A DNA stretch of 52,093 nt, taken from the sequence record NZ_CP094683.1. One strand, written 5' to 3'. The position numbers and the translations under genes are program-made. Origin of the DNA: a plasmid. Shown in pieces: positions 9,107-18,258 of the stretch; positions within the stretch are counted from its first letter, which is position 1, and each line of letters starts with the position of its first letter. A model generated the notes under the pieces. The model was given only the letters and a program-made list of their open reading frames with translations. It searched no databases and was not told the origin of the DNA.

Positions 9107-9273
9107 GTTTATGAAACACCACCCGGTACAATGTTCATTCCATACTATGGATTCGCCGGGTTTTGGTGCAAAGGCTTTGGAAAGGCGGCCCTGAATATGC
9201 GGGTCAAAATCCCTAGAAACAAGCCGGTTTCAGCGGCGCTGCGGATGGATGGTTTGATTTTTGTATTCACTGG

Positions 9274-9301
9274 TTGTCACATCTGTGACAGACAATATAC
9301 T
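9274..9301 (+). promoter_or_regulatory. Sigma-A-like promoter (TTGTCA, 16-bp spacer, TATACT) with a perfect 7-2-7 palindrome TGTCACA-tc-TGTGACA (9276-9291) embedded in the -35/spacer region. Candidate operator.
   Basis: Read directly. Located ~70 nt upstream of the DUF1015-like / adenine deaminase operon. Confidence 0.4.
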
Positions 9302-9368
9302 TTTTTCCGCTGGCAGACTCAATTTAAAACTCTTTGATTATAAAGTTTCGGTAAAGGCGGTATATAGG

Positions 9369-10631
9369 ATGGATAAGGTTGGTTTTTCAGCAGCGGACAT
9401 TTTGCTTCCGAAGCATGTGGACATGACGCGCTGGAGCGTCATTGCATGTGACCAGTATACTTCGCAGCCGGATTATTGGGAACGCGCGGCGCAGATGGTC
9501 GGTTCATCCCCAAGTACATTGCACCTTGTTTTGCCGGAAGTTTATCTGGAACAGGACGATGTCGGCCGGCGCATTGCGCAGATCAATGCGTCGATGCGCG
9601 CCTATCTGGACAGCGGCCTGTTTTACGTCTTAAATGACAGCTATGTTTATGTGGAACGGACCGTTGCGCCGGGGCGGGTGCGGCGCGGCCTGGTTGGAAA
9701 GATCGATCTGGAGCAGTATGATTACAGCGCGGACAGCCGTTCCCTGGTAAGGCCGACCGAGGGGACCGTTGAAAGCCGCCTGCCGCCGCGGATGCGTGTG
9801 CGCGAGCAGGCCCCGTTGGAAAGCCCGCATATTATGGTGTTGATCGACGATGCGCTGCATACGGTCATTGAGCCGCTGCAAAAGCAGAAAAATGCAATGG
9901 AGCCGCTTTATGATTTTGATCTGATGGCGGACGGCGGCCATATCGCGGGCTGGCGTGTGGCCGGGGACTTGTGCGCGCAGGTCGATGCGGCGATGCTGTT
10001 TTTGCTTTCGGGCCAACAATGCTGCCGCGGCGTATGCCGGGAGTGCGCGCCGCCGATGCTGATTGCCGTGGGGGATGGAAATCATTCGCTTGCCACGGCA
10101 AAGGCCTGTTGGGAGAAGATCAAGCCCGCGCTTTCCGAACGGGAACGGCGCGTGCATCCGGCGCGTTACGCCCTGGCGGAGCTGGTCAACCTGCATGACG
10201 GTGCGCTGGCCTTTGAACCGATCCACCGCGTTCTGTTTGATGTCGATCCCAATAGCGTCCTGGATGCGCTGCAAAAACAGCTTGGCGCGTGTGCTGATGG
10301 ACAAGGGCAGGTATTTACATATGCGGCGGGCGGCCGCACAGGCCGCCTTGTGGTGGCAAATCCGCCGTCGCCGCTGGCGGCCGGTACGCTCCAGGGCTTT
10401 ATTGACGGCTATCTTGCCGCGCATGGCGGGACTGTCGATTACATACATGGCGACGACGTGGTTATGGAGCTTTCAAAAAAACCGGACGCCATCGGTTTTT
10501 TGCTGCCCGCGATGGAAAAATCGCAGCTTTTTCCGGCGGTGCGCGAAGGCGGCGCGCTGCCGCGGAAAACTTTTTCGATGGGACATGCGTATGAAAAACG
10601 TTTTTATCTGGAATGCAGAAAAATACAGTAA
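9369..10631 (+). CDS. Conserved hypothetical protein (DUF1015-like), probably co-transcribed with adenine deaminase.
   Basis: ORF-track ORF 9261..10631 trimmed to ATG 9369 (MDKVGFSAAD...), which lies downstream of the predicted promoter. Gap to the next gene is 12 nt. The family call is by weak recollection only. Confidence 0.45.
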   Translation: MDKVGFSAADILLPKHVDMTRWSVIACDQYTSQPDYWERAAQMVGSSPSTLHLVLPEVYLEQDDVGRRIAQINASMRAYLDSGLFYVLNDSYVYVERTVAPGRVRRGLVGKIDLEQYDYSADSRSLVRPTEGTVESRLPPRMRVREQAPLESPHIMVLIDDALHTVIEPLQKQKNAMEPLYDFDLMADGGHIAGWRVAGDLCAQVDAAMLFLLSGQQCCRGVCRECAPPMLIAVGDGNHSLATAKACWEKIKPALSERERRVHPARYALAELVNLHDGALAFEPIHRVLFDVDPNSVLDALQKQLGACADGQGQVFTYAAGGRTGRLVVANPPSPLAAGTLQGFIDGYLAAHGGTVDYIHGDDVVMELSKKPDAIGFLLPAMEKSQLFPAVREGGALPRKTFSMGHAYEKRFYLECRKIQ

Positions 10632-10643
10632 GGAGGCTGTCTG

Positions 10644-12341
10644 ATGAACAGGGAACGCTTGATCCAAACGGCGCTTGGGGAGAAAAAGCCGGCGCTGGTC
10701 TTAAAAAACGCCCGGATTATCAATGTATTCACTGGCGAGATCCTGCCGGGCGATATCGCGGTAACAGATGGCCGCATTGCGGGCGTGGGCGCTTATGAAA
10801 ACGGGGAGGAGACGGTTGACCTCGGCGGAGCGTATGTCGCGCCTGGCTTTATCGACGCGCATGTGCATATTGAATCGTCGATGGTCACGCCGCCGGCCTA
10901 CTGCGCCGAGGCGCTGCGTTGGGGGACGACGACGCTGATCACCGACCCGCATGAGATCGCCAATGTAGCCGGCGGCGACGGCGTACAGTTCATGCTGGAT
11001 TTATCGGAGCGTTTGCCGGTCAATTATTATGTACAGCTTCCGTCGTGCGTGCCCGCGACGCCCTTTGAACATGCCGGGGATATTTTCACGGCTGAAAAAA
11101 TGAGCCGTTTTCTCAACCATCCGCGCGTATTGGGCCTTGGCGAAATGATGAATTATCCGGGCGTCGCGGGGTGCGACCCCGAGGTGATGGCCAAGCTGGA
11201 GCTGTATGGCGGGCGTGTGATCGACGGCCACGCGCCCGGTATCTCAAAAAACGGTTTGCAGGCATATATTTCCGCCGGGATGGCTACGGATCATGAATCG
11301 ACCTGCTGGGCCGAGGCAAAGGAAAAGCTGCGCGCGGGCATGGCGGTGCTTGTGCGGGAAGGTTCGGCCTGCAAAAACCTGGAGGAAATCATCCGCGGCG
11401 TCCTGGCCGACGGCGCGGACACCTGGCATCTTGCGTTCTGTACCGATGACAAGCACCTTTCCGATATCCGCCGGGAGGGGACCATCCGGCATAATATCCT
11501 GCGCGCCGTTGCCTGCGGCATGAACCCGGTGACAGCCATCCAGATCGCGACGATCAACGCCGCGCGCATCTACCGCCTGTATGACTTGGGCGCGGTCGCC
11601 GCCGGTTATCGCGCCGACCTGGTTGTATTGCGCGATTTGGAGCACATGGAGGTGCTATCCGTTTACAAGGACGGCCAAAAGCAGCCGGAAGCGGCGGCGA
11701 TTGGACTGATCGGCGGCGGCGCCGACGCGATCCTGCATTCGGTCAGGCTTGCGCCCGTTATGGAAACGTCGTTTGCGCTGCCGGATTGGCATCGTTATCC
11801 GGTGATCCGCATTGTGCCCGGCAACGTCACGACAACGCGCTTTGATGTCGACGCCGCCGAAGTCCCGGCGATGCTGGCGGACGGCAGGCTGCGTAAAATT
11901 GCGGTGATCGAACGCCACCACGCCACCGGGAACATCGGCGTCGGGCTGATCGCCGGGTATGGGCTGGCGCATGGCGCGATTGCGACGACGGTCGCGCATG
12001 ATTCGCACAATCTGATCGTAGTCGGCGATAACGACGCCGACATGCTGGCGGCTGTGCGTGAGATTGAACGCGTGCAGGGCGGTTATACCATTGTGCGCGG
12101 CGGCCGGGTGCTTGGCTCGCTGCCGCTGCCGGTGGCCGGCCTGATGAGTCTTGACGGCGCCGATACGTTTATTCCCGCGCTTGACCGGATGATTGATGAA
12201 GCGCGCGCCCAGGGCGTTGCGGACGGCATCGATCCGTTCATCACCCTCAGCTTTATGGCCCTGCCGGTCATCCCTGAAATCCGCATCACGGACATCGGCC
12301 TGTTCGACGTCGTAAACTTCCGCCCGCTCCGGCCTTTTTGA
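10644..12341 (+). CDS. ade: Adenine deaminase (amidohydrolase superfamily).
   Basis: N-terminal 'ARIINVFTGEILPGDIAVTDGRIAGVG...YVAPGFIDAHVHIESSMVTP' is the characteristic Ade metal-binding region. ~565 aa. SD AAGGAGG. The stop codon lies inside the 'ctttttGAaaaaa' module of the downstream repeat. Confidence 0.85.
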   Translation: MNRERLIQTALGEKKPALVLKNARIINVFTGEILPGDIAVTDGRIAGVGAYENGEETVDLGGAYVAPGFIDAHVHIESSMVTPPAYCAEALRWGTTTLITDPHEIANVAGGDGVQFMLDLSERLPVNYYVQLPSCVPATPFEHAGDIFTAEKMSRFLNHPRVLGLGEMMNYPGVAGCDPEVMAKLELYGGRVIDGHAPGISKNGLQAYISAGMATDHESTCWAEAKEKLRAGMAVLVREGSACKNLEEIIRGVLADGADTWHLAFCTDDKHLSDIRREGTIRHNILRAVACGMNPVTAIQIATINAARIYRLYDLGAVAAGYRADLVVLRDLEHMEVLSVYKDGQKQPEAAAIGLIGGGADAILHSVRLAPVMETSFALPDWHRYPVIRIVPGNVTTTRFDVDAAEVPAMLADGRLRKIAVIERHHATGNIGVGLIAGYGLAHGAIATTVAHDSHNLIVVGDNDADMLAAVREIERVQGGYTIVRGGRVLGSLPLPVAGLMSLDGADTFIPALDRMIDEARAQGVADGIDPFITLSFMALPVIPEIRITDIGLFDVVNFRPLRPF

Positions 12342-12632
12342 AAAAAAGCCTCGGCAAAAAACTTTAGTCGGCTGCGCCGCAAATAGTGGGGCGGGCGCTG
12401 CGTAAAAACAGGCTGCGCCGCCAACAGTGGGACAGGCGCAGCTTGGCGGTTTACCACAGAACGCACCGGCGTGCGTCCAATGCGATCACACCGCCCAGAG
12501 GTGGGGATAACATAAGGGGAGGGTCGCCGACCCTCCCTTTATGAGGCGCGCTGAGGGGCGCAGCCGCGGCTTGTCCGCACCTCCCGGCGGTGGGCAATCC
12601 GCGCACGGATTGCGCGCGCCCAAGCGCCTGGG
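12337..12632. repeat. BIME/REP-like mosaic element, inverted orientation relative to copy 1. Two tandem 41-bp units.
   Basis: Reverse complement of modules seen at 2384-2806 and 32040-32460. Contains the 'ggggagggtcgccgaccctcccc' hairpin. Confidence 0.75.
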
Positions 12633-12657
12633 GATCATGAAAACAGGAGATGTGCCG

Positions 12658-13605
12658 ATGTCCTTTTTGTATTCGGACAGCAACAAACGATACCACACAT
12701 ACAGTTATGCGATGCGGCGGCGGTTTGGCGGCAAGGTGATGCGTGTCAGCCTGAACGCAGGCTTTACCTGCCCGAATATCGACGGGACAAAGGGGCGGGG
12801 CGGCTGTGTGTTCTGTTCGCCGTCGGGCAGCGGAGAATTTGGCGGAAATCCCGCCGAATCCATCGCCGCGCAGTTTACACAGGTTGCGGGGCGTATGTCT
12901 GAAAAATGGGACACGCCTTTGCGGATCGCATATTTTCAGGCGCATACAAATACGTATGCGCCTGTTGCGGTTTTGCGGCGGCTTTATGAACAGGCGCTTG
13001 CCTGTCCGGGCGTTGTGGGCCTGGCGATCGCAACCCGGCCTGATTGTTTGCCCGATGATGTCTGCGCGCTGCTGGAGGAATTAAGCCGGCGCACATATTT
13101 GACGGTGGAGCTTGGGCTGCAGAGCATACATGATGAAACCGGCAGGCAAATCAACCGCTGTTATGGCTATGATACATTTTTATCCGGTTACGAGCGGCTG
13201 CACGCGCGAAACATCCCGGTCGGCGTGCATATCATCAACGGCCTGCCCGGGGAAACGCGGCGGATGATGGTTGAAACCGCGCGTACATTGGCGCGTCTTG
13301 ACCTGCATCTTGTCAAAATCCACCTGCTGCATGTGCTGGAGGGTACACAGCTTGCAAAGCTGTGGCGCGCCGGGGCGTTTGAGCTGATGACGCGGGAGGC
13401 GTATGTACAGACGGTCTGCGACCAGCTTGAGGAGCTTCCGGCTGAATGTATCGTCGGCCGCCTGACCGGCGACGGCGATCCGGATACGCTGCTTGGTCCT
13501 GAATGGAGCCGTAAAAAGCTGTGTGTGCTCAACGAGGTCGACAAAGAACTTTTGCGCCGCAACTCCTGGCAGGGCCGCCGGCGCGCGTGCCCCCCGCTTT
13601 TTTGA
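12658..13605 (+). CDS. Radical SAM protein, TIGR01212-like (YhcC-type).
   Basis: Near the N-terminus 'NKRYHTYSYAMRRRFGGKVMRVSLNAGFTCPNIDGTKGRGGCVFC' carries the conserved radical-SAM cysteine block. ATG 12658 is preceded by AGGAG at 8 nt. The last codons (..PPLF-stop) lie inside the downstream repeat. Confidence 0.8.
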   Translation: MSFLYSDSNKRYHTYSYAMRRRFGGKVMRVSLNAGFTCPNIDGTKGRGGCVFCSPSGSGEFGGNPAESIAAQFTQVAGRMSEKWDTPLRIAYFQAHTNTYAPVAVLRRLYEQALACPGVVGLAIATRPDCLPDDVCALLEELSRRTYLTVELGLQSIHDETGRQINRCYGYDTFLSGYERLHARNIPVGVHIINGLPGETRRMMVETARTLARLDLHLVKIHLLHVLEGTQLAKLWRAGAFELMTREAYVQTVCDQLEELPAECIVGRLTGDGDPDTLLGPEWSRKKLCVLNEVDKELLRRNSWQGRRRACPPLF

Positions 13606-13975
13606 AAAAAAGCTTGGCAAAAAACTTTAGTCGGCTGCGCCGCGAACAGTGGGGCAGGCTTTAGTTTTTTTTACAGGTTGCGCCGCAAACCCCGGGGCAG
13701 GCGCAGCTTGACGGTTTATCACAGAACGCACCGGCGTGCGCCCGATACGATCGCGCCGCCCACAGGTGGGGATAACATAAGGGGAGGGTCGCCGACCCTC
13801 CCCTTGTGAGGCGCGCTGAGGGGCGCTGCCGCGATTTATTCGCGCCCGGCGGGCGGCAATTGCCGCCTGCCGGAAAGCCCCGAATAGCCGGCCGGGCAAG
13901 CGGAGCGCCCGGCGGTGGGCAATCCGCGCACGGATTGCGCGCGCCTGCCGAAGCCTTTTTTCAAAAAGGCTGGAG
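13590..13975. repeat. BIME/REP-like mosaic element, inverted orientation.
   Basis: Shares the 'gaaaaaaagc(c/t)tggcaaaaaactttagtcggctgcgccgcgaacagtggggc' module, the 'ggggagggtcgccgaccctcccc' hairpin, and the reverse complement of the 'ccggcggctatagccgccgg' module. Confidence 0.75.
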
Positions 13976-13983
13976 CCGCGGCG

Positions 13984-14880
13984 TCAATCGATATTGATAA
14001 TCTGGCGGCATTTTGGAAAATTCGGACAGCCGAAAAACTCGTTTCCCTGATTCGCGCCTTTTTTGGCTGTGCGCCGCACCATTGGGACATTGCATTTCGG
14101 ACAAAGCGGGACGGTAAACTGATAATTTGCCGGCGGCGTAAACGGCCTTTCCTGATGCGCCGAAACGAGGATATCGGCAATGGCGCGCATATCCTGCTCG
14201 CTTAACAGGACGCCGGTATTTGCTTCCTGCAATTTTTTAAGATGGTTGATCAACTGATCGTGTTTGATAATCTTATCCCGGATTTCCGCCGGGGCATTGG
14301 CATCCTGGATAACGGTTTTAGGGTTGGCCAGCACAACGACAGATTGAAGGAGCGTATCCCAATCCTGTACGGGCAGGGCCGGCATTTGCTCGCTCAAAAG
14401 CCGTTTGAGCAGATCCACATGGCGTTGATTTTGCGTAACAGGGTTATACATGCCTTCTTTTTTGTAAACCAGGCCGGTTGCTGTTTTAAAACAACGGTTG
14501 AAATCGCCCTTATTTGTCACTTCGATATCGTCGATTAGTTTTTTGCTTTCGATAACCAGGATAAACGATGTGGCGATGACAACAAAATCGATCTGTGCTG
14601 TTGTGTCCTGATTTTTCAAATAAAGGTCCTGTAAAATCAAGATAGGCAGATAGCTGTTTTTCAGTTCATAGGCCACGGTTTTTTCACCATTCAGGCCGCT
14701 GGTCAGCTTTTTGATATCCTTTGTTAAACGGTCTGCCTGTTCCGGGATAATCAGCTCCTTCCACTTTTCCAATTTTTCAATCTGATTTTTGGTGGAGCTG
14801 TTTTCTTTTATAAAAATCGGCTCTGAGAAGCTCAACGGCTTTACAGCCGGCTTTGGCCTTAAAAAATCCAGAAACGCCAT
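13984..14880 (-). CDS. NERD (nuclease-related) domain protein with a C-terminal topoisomerase-type C4 zinc ribbon.
   Basis: C-terminus 'CPKCNVPMVRRTAKKGANQGNEFFGCPNFPKC' is a zf-C4-Topoisom-like ribbon. The N-terminal ~200 aa have a NERD-like pattern. The gene and its flanks are visibly AT-richer than the surroundings. Confidence 0.65.
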   Translation of the reverse strand: MAFLDFLRPKPAVKPLSFSEPIFIKENSSTKNQIEKLEKWKELIIPEQADRLTKDIKKLTSGLNGEKTVAYELKNSYLPILILQDLYLKNQDTTAQIDFVVIATSFILVIESKKLIDDIEVTNKGDFNRCFKTATGLVYKKEGMYNPVTQNQRHVDLLKRLLSEQMPALPVQDWDTLLQSVVVLANPKTVIQDANAPAEIRDKIIKHDQLINHLKKLQEANTGVLLSEQDMRAIADILVSAHQERPFTPPANYQFTVPLCPKCNVPMVRRTAKKGANQGNEFFGCPNFPKCRQIINID

Positions 14881-15211
14881 TATTTGTCACCCTTTTACGT
14901 CGATTGATGCATTTACATTGATTGGACACATTGTCTTTTATACAAATTATACGATAGATTGACACGTTTCGCAATAGCATATAGTATCATAAAAAACAGT
15001 TTGTTTTCAAAAGTGATGGGTGATGGGTTTGCCAGTATGTGCTGTTAACTGGAAATAAAGGCAACTAATTTCGCTAAAGAAAGATTTAACGAAATTTAGG
15101 GGGATGCGGACAGCGGATGAAGGGCGCGCCAAGCAATCAATAAAGCCAATAGAAGTATGAATAGAACATCGAATATATATTTGAATAGAGATTCTATTCG
15201 CGGCGTGCCTA

Positions 15212-15240
15212 TTGTATGACAGCCAAAATTGCGGTACAAT
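15212..15240 (+). promoter_or_regulatory. Putative promoter: TTGTAT, 17-bp spacer, TACAAT.
   Basis: Read directly. Lies ~28 nt upstream of the beta-CASP hydrolase start, followed by SD AAGGAAGGTG. Confidence 0.4.
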
Positions 15241-15268
15241 GGAAAAAAGCCGTCAAAGGAAGGTGTTT

Positions 15269-16873
15269 ATGCAGCTATCGTTTTTAGGGGCGGCGCATGA
15301 AGTGACAGGAAGCTGTCACTATCTGCAGGCCTGTGGGAAAAAAATACTGATCGATTGCGGAATGCAGCAGGGTCCGGATGAATATGAGCACCAGGAGATG
15401 CCGCTTGCGCCGGGTGAGGTCGATTTTGTGCTGCTGACGCATGCGCACATTGACCATTCGGGACGTTTGCCGCTGCTCGCGAAAAACGGATTTCATGGAA
15501 CGATCTGCGCGACCGATGCAACATGCGACCTCTGTGGGATTATGCTGCGTGACAGCGCGCACATTCAGGAATTTGAAGCTGAATGGAAAAACCGCAAGGG
15601 CAAACGCGCCGGCCGCGATCCGATTGAACCGCTTTACACCGTGGACGACGCCGAAACCGCTATCGGCCTGCTTTCCCCGTTTGTATACAACCAGGTGGAG
15701 CAGCTCTGCGATGGGATTGCCGTCCGATTTGTCGATGTGGGGCATTTGCTCGGTTCCGCAAGCATTGAAGTTTGGGTGACTGAGGATGGGAATACGACAA
15801 AAATTGTTTTTTCCGGCGATATCGGCAATCTAAACCAGCCGCTTCTGCGTGATCCGGCCTATATAACGGACGCTGATTATATTGTTGTAGAATCTACCTA
15901 TGGCAACCGCCTGCATGAGCCGCCGCCCGATTACAGCATTAATTTGGCGCAGATCATCCAGCGCACCTTTGACCGGGGCGGCAATGTTGTCATTCCTTCG
16001 TTTGCCGTCGGCCGCACGCAGGAAATGCTGTATTTCCTGCGCGATATCAAAGCGCGGGGACTGGTCCATGGACATGACAATTTTCCTGTCTATGTCGACA
16101 GCCCGCTTGCTATCGAAGCGACAACCATCTTTCAGGAAAACCGCGTCGATTGCTTTGACGACGAGGCAATGGAGCTTGTAAAGCATGGTATCAATCCCAT
16201 CACCTTTTTGGGGCTTGAACTTTCTGTAACAAGCGAGGAATCACGAGCCATCAACTTTGACAACACGCCCAAGGTAATTATTTCCGCATCTGGCATGTGC
16301 GATGCGGGCCGTATCAAGCATCATTTAAAGCATAACCTTTGGCGGCGGGATTCCACGGTCGTATTTGTTGGCTATCAGGCTGTCGGGACGCTTGGCCGTT
16401 CCCTGCTGGAAGGCGCAAAAAGCGTCAAGCTGTTCGGTGAAACGATTGAAGTCGAGGCTGAAATAACCTCCTTGCAGGGCGTCAGCGGCCACGCCGATCA
16501 GGCCGGCCTGCTTCGCTGGCTTGACGCTTTCCAGACGCCGCCGCGCCGCATTTTTGTCGTGCACGGCGAGTCGAGCGTCTGCGAGGAGTTTGCAGGCATT
16601 GTCGCCCGGCGTTACAATGTCCCGGTGAGCGCGCCCGATTATATGGCCCGCTTTGACCTTGTCAGCAATACAATGCTTGATCCCGGCGTCAAGCGCGAGG
16701 CTATGAAGCCGAAGCCCGCTGTATCCGCTGCCGTGCCGGCCGGCGTGTTTGGACGCCTTGTAGCTGCGGGCAAACGCTTGATGCAGATTATCGAGCGCAG
16801 CAAGGGCAGAGCCAACAAGGATTTGACAAAATTTACAAACCAGATTAACGCGCTGTGCGATAAATGGGAATAA
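15269..16873 (+). CDS. MBL-fold beta-CASP family hydrolase (RNase J / CPSF-like RNA-metabolising metallo-beta-lactamase).
   Basis: N-terminal 'HEVTGSCHYL...IDCGMQQG...LLTHAHIDHSGRLPLL' is the MBL H-x-H-x-D-H motif set. ~535 aa with a beta-CASP-like C-terminal half. ATG 15269 after SD AAGGAAGG; the upstream TTG and ATG lack an RBS. Confidence 0.8.
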   Translation: MQLSFLGAAHEVTGSCHYLQACGKKILIDCGMQQGPDEYEHQEMPLAPGEVDFVLLTHAHIDHSGRLPLLAKNGFHGTICATDATCDLCGIMLRDSAHIQEFEAEWKNRKGKRAGRDPIEPLYTVDDAETAIGLLSPFVYNQVEQLCDGIAVRFVDVGHLLGSASIEVWVTEDGNTTKIVFSGDIGNLNQPLLRDPAYITDADYIVVESTYGNRLHEPPPDYSINLAQIIQRTFDRGGNVVIPSFAVGRTQEMLYFLRDIKARGLVHGHDNFPVYVDSPLAIEATTIFQENRVDCFDDEAMELVKHGINPITFLGLELSVTSEESRAINFDNTPKVIISASGMCDAGRIKHHLKHNLWRRDSTVVFVGYQAVGTLGRSLLEGAKSVKLFGETIEVEAEITSLQGVSGHADQAGLLRWLDAFQTPPRRIFVVHGESSVCEEFAGIVARRYNVPVSAPDYMARFDLVSNTMLDPGVKREAMKPKPAVSAAVPAGVFGRLVAAGKRLMQIIERSKGRANKDLTKFTNQINALCDKWE

Positions 16874-16879
16874 GGGGGC

Positions 16880-17312
16880 GCTTAGGCGCGCGCGACCCGT
16901 GCGCGGGTCGCCCACCGCCGGACGCTGCGCTTGCCCGGCCGGCTATTCGGGGCTTTCCGGCGGCTATAGCCGCCGGGCGCGGACAAGCCGCGGCTGCGCC
17001 CCTCAGCGCGCCTCACGGGACAGGGGCGGGCCGCCCCTGTCCCATGGACCCAACCCCGGGGCAGGCGCAGCTTGACGGCTTACTATCAAACGCATCAGCT
17101 TACACCCGATACGATCACACCAAACAGAGGTGGGGATAACATAAGGGGAGGGTCGAACGACCCTCCCCTTTTGAGGCGCGCCGCGTGGCGTTGCCGCGGC
17201 TTGTCCGCGCCCGAAGCGCGGCGATTGCCGCGCTTCGGAAAGCCACGCGAAGGCGTCGGACGCCAGAGCGTCCGACGCCGCTGTGACCCGCGCACGGGTC
17301 ACGCGCGCCTGC
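16880..17312. repeat. BIME/REP-like mosaic element containing both forward-type and reverse-type modules.
   Basis: 'gcgcgcgacccgtgcgcgggtcgc', 'ccggcggctatagccgccgg', 'gggacaggggcgggccgcccctgtccc', then 'ggggagggtcgaacgaccctcccc', 'ccgaagcgcggcgattgccgcgcttcgg', 'ggcgtcggacgccagagcgtccgacgcc', 'gtgacccgcgcacgggtcac'. Confidence 0.75.
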
Positions 17313-17317
17313 GGGGG

Positions 17318-18256
17318 TCACGCACGCCCTCGCCGCCATGGCTGGACGATCGCGTGTGCGAGCACATGAGCGGCGAGCGTGCCGACGACGTTGATGTCGG
17401 CGCGCAGGGAACCGACGGACAGCGCATAAACGCTGTCGCCGTCGGCTGTGGTGTGCACCGGGTCTATGGCGCGTGCAAGCCCGTTTTGCGCCATAGACGC
17501 GATTTTGGTCAATTGTGTTTTATCAAAGGCGGCGTTTGTGACGATTGCCGCGATGGTTGTGTTGCCTGTAAAGAAGCTGCCCTTGCCGGAGATATCGCGG
17601 CAGAGCACGGCGGTGCTGTCGGCAAAGCCCTTGCCGTCGGGCGTGCGCATACCGGCGATGCGCTCATGCGTGTCGGGGTCAAAAATATCGCCGAGCGCGT
17701 TGACGACAACCGCCGCGCCGACCTGTAAATCGCCTGCCTGGACAGCGAAAAAGCCCTGCCCTGCCTTCATCATGGTCGCCGTTCCGCCGAGCTTGCCGAC
17801 GGTGGCGCCAGTCCCCGCGCCGAAGCTGCCGCAGCGCGGGCGGTTGTTTTCCTGCGCGTCGAGACAGGCCGCATATGCCATACCGGCGTCAGGGCGCGCG
17901 TCGGGCGAGCCATAGCCGAGATCAAAGATGCAGGACGCGCAAACAAGCGGAACCTTGGCAATGCCGGTGTCAAACCCGACGCCGCGTTCGGACAGATAGC
18001 GCATCACGCCGCCCGCCGCGTCAAGGCCAAACGCCGAGCCGCCGGAAAGCAGCACCGCGTGGATCCGTTCGGCCGCGGCCCATGGGCGCAACAGTTCCGT
18101 TTCGCGGGAGGCAGGCCCGCCGCCGCGCACATCGACGCCTGCGGGCGCGCCGTCCGCGCCGCCGCAAAGCAATACGGTGCAGCCAGTTTTACCGGCCTGA
18201 TCTTCTGCGCAGCCGATGCGCACGCCGTTTATATCGGAGATCGGGATTTGCCGCAA
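17318..18256 (-). CDS. P1-family (DmpA/OAT-type, formerly S58) peptidase, L-aminopeptidase/D-esterase-like.
   Basis: The overall ~310-aa Gly/Ala-rich pattern '...GVRIGCAEDQAGKTGCTVLLC...LLSGGSAFGLDAAGGVMRYLSERGVGFDTG' is typical of the DmpA family. Confidence 0.65.
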   Translation of the reverse strand: MRQIPISDINGVRIGCAEDQAGKTGCTVLLCGGADGAPAGVDVRGGGPASRETELLRPWAAAERIHAVLLSGGSAFGLDAAGGVMRYLSERGVGFDTGIAKVPLVCASCIFDLGYGSPDARPDAGMAYAACLDAQENNRPRCGSFGAGTGATVGKLGGTATMMKAGQGFFAVQAGDLQVGAAVVVNALGDIFDPDTHERIAGMRTPDGKGFADSTAVLCRDISGKGSFFTGNTTIAAIVTNAAFDKTQLTKIASMAQNGLARAIDPVHTTADGDSVYALSVGSLRADINVVGTLAAHVLAHAIVQPWRRGRA

Positions 18257-18258
18257 AC

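Noticed and set aside
8286-9194. 302-aa plus-strand ORF and 284-aa minus-strand ORF (8277..9131) overlapping the MntP-like gene.
   Set aside because: Both are Pro/Ala/Arg/Ser low-complexity. The third frame (8483..9106, minus strand) gives a coherent polytopic membrane protein with a duplicated motif.
9107-9260. Looked for a yybP-ykoY (Mn2+) riboswitch in the leader of the MntP-like gene.
   Set aside because: Could not recognise the conserved yybP-ykoY sequence features by eye. Left uncalled; a cmsearch would settle it.
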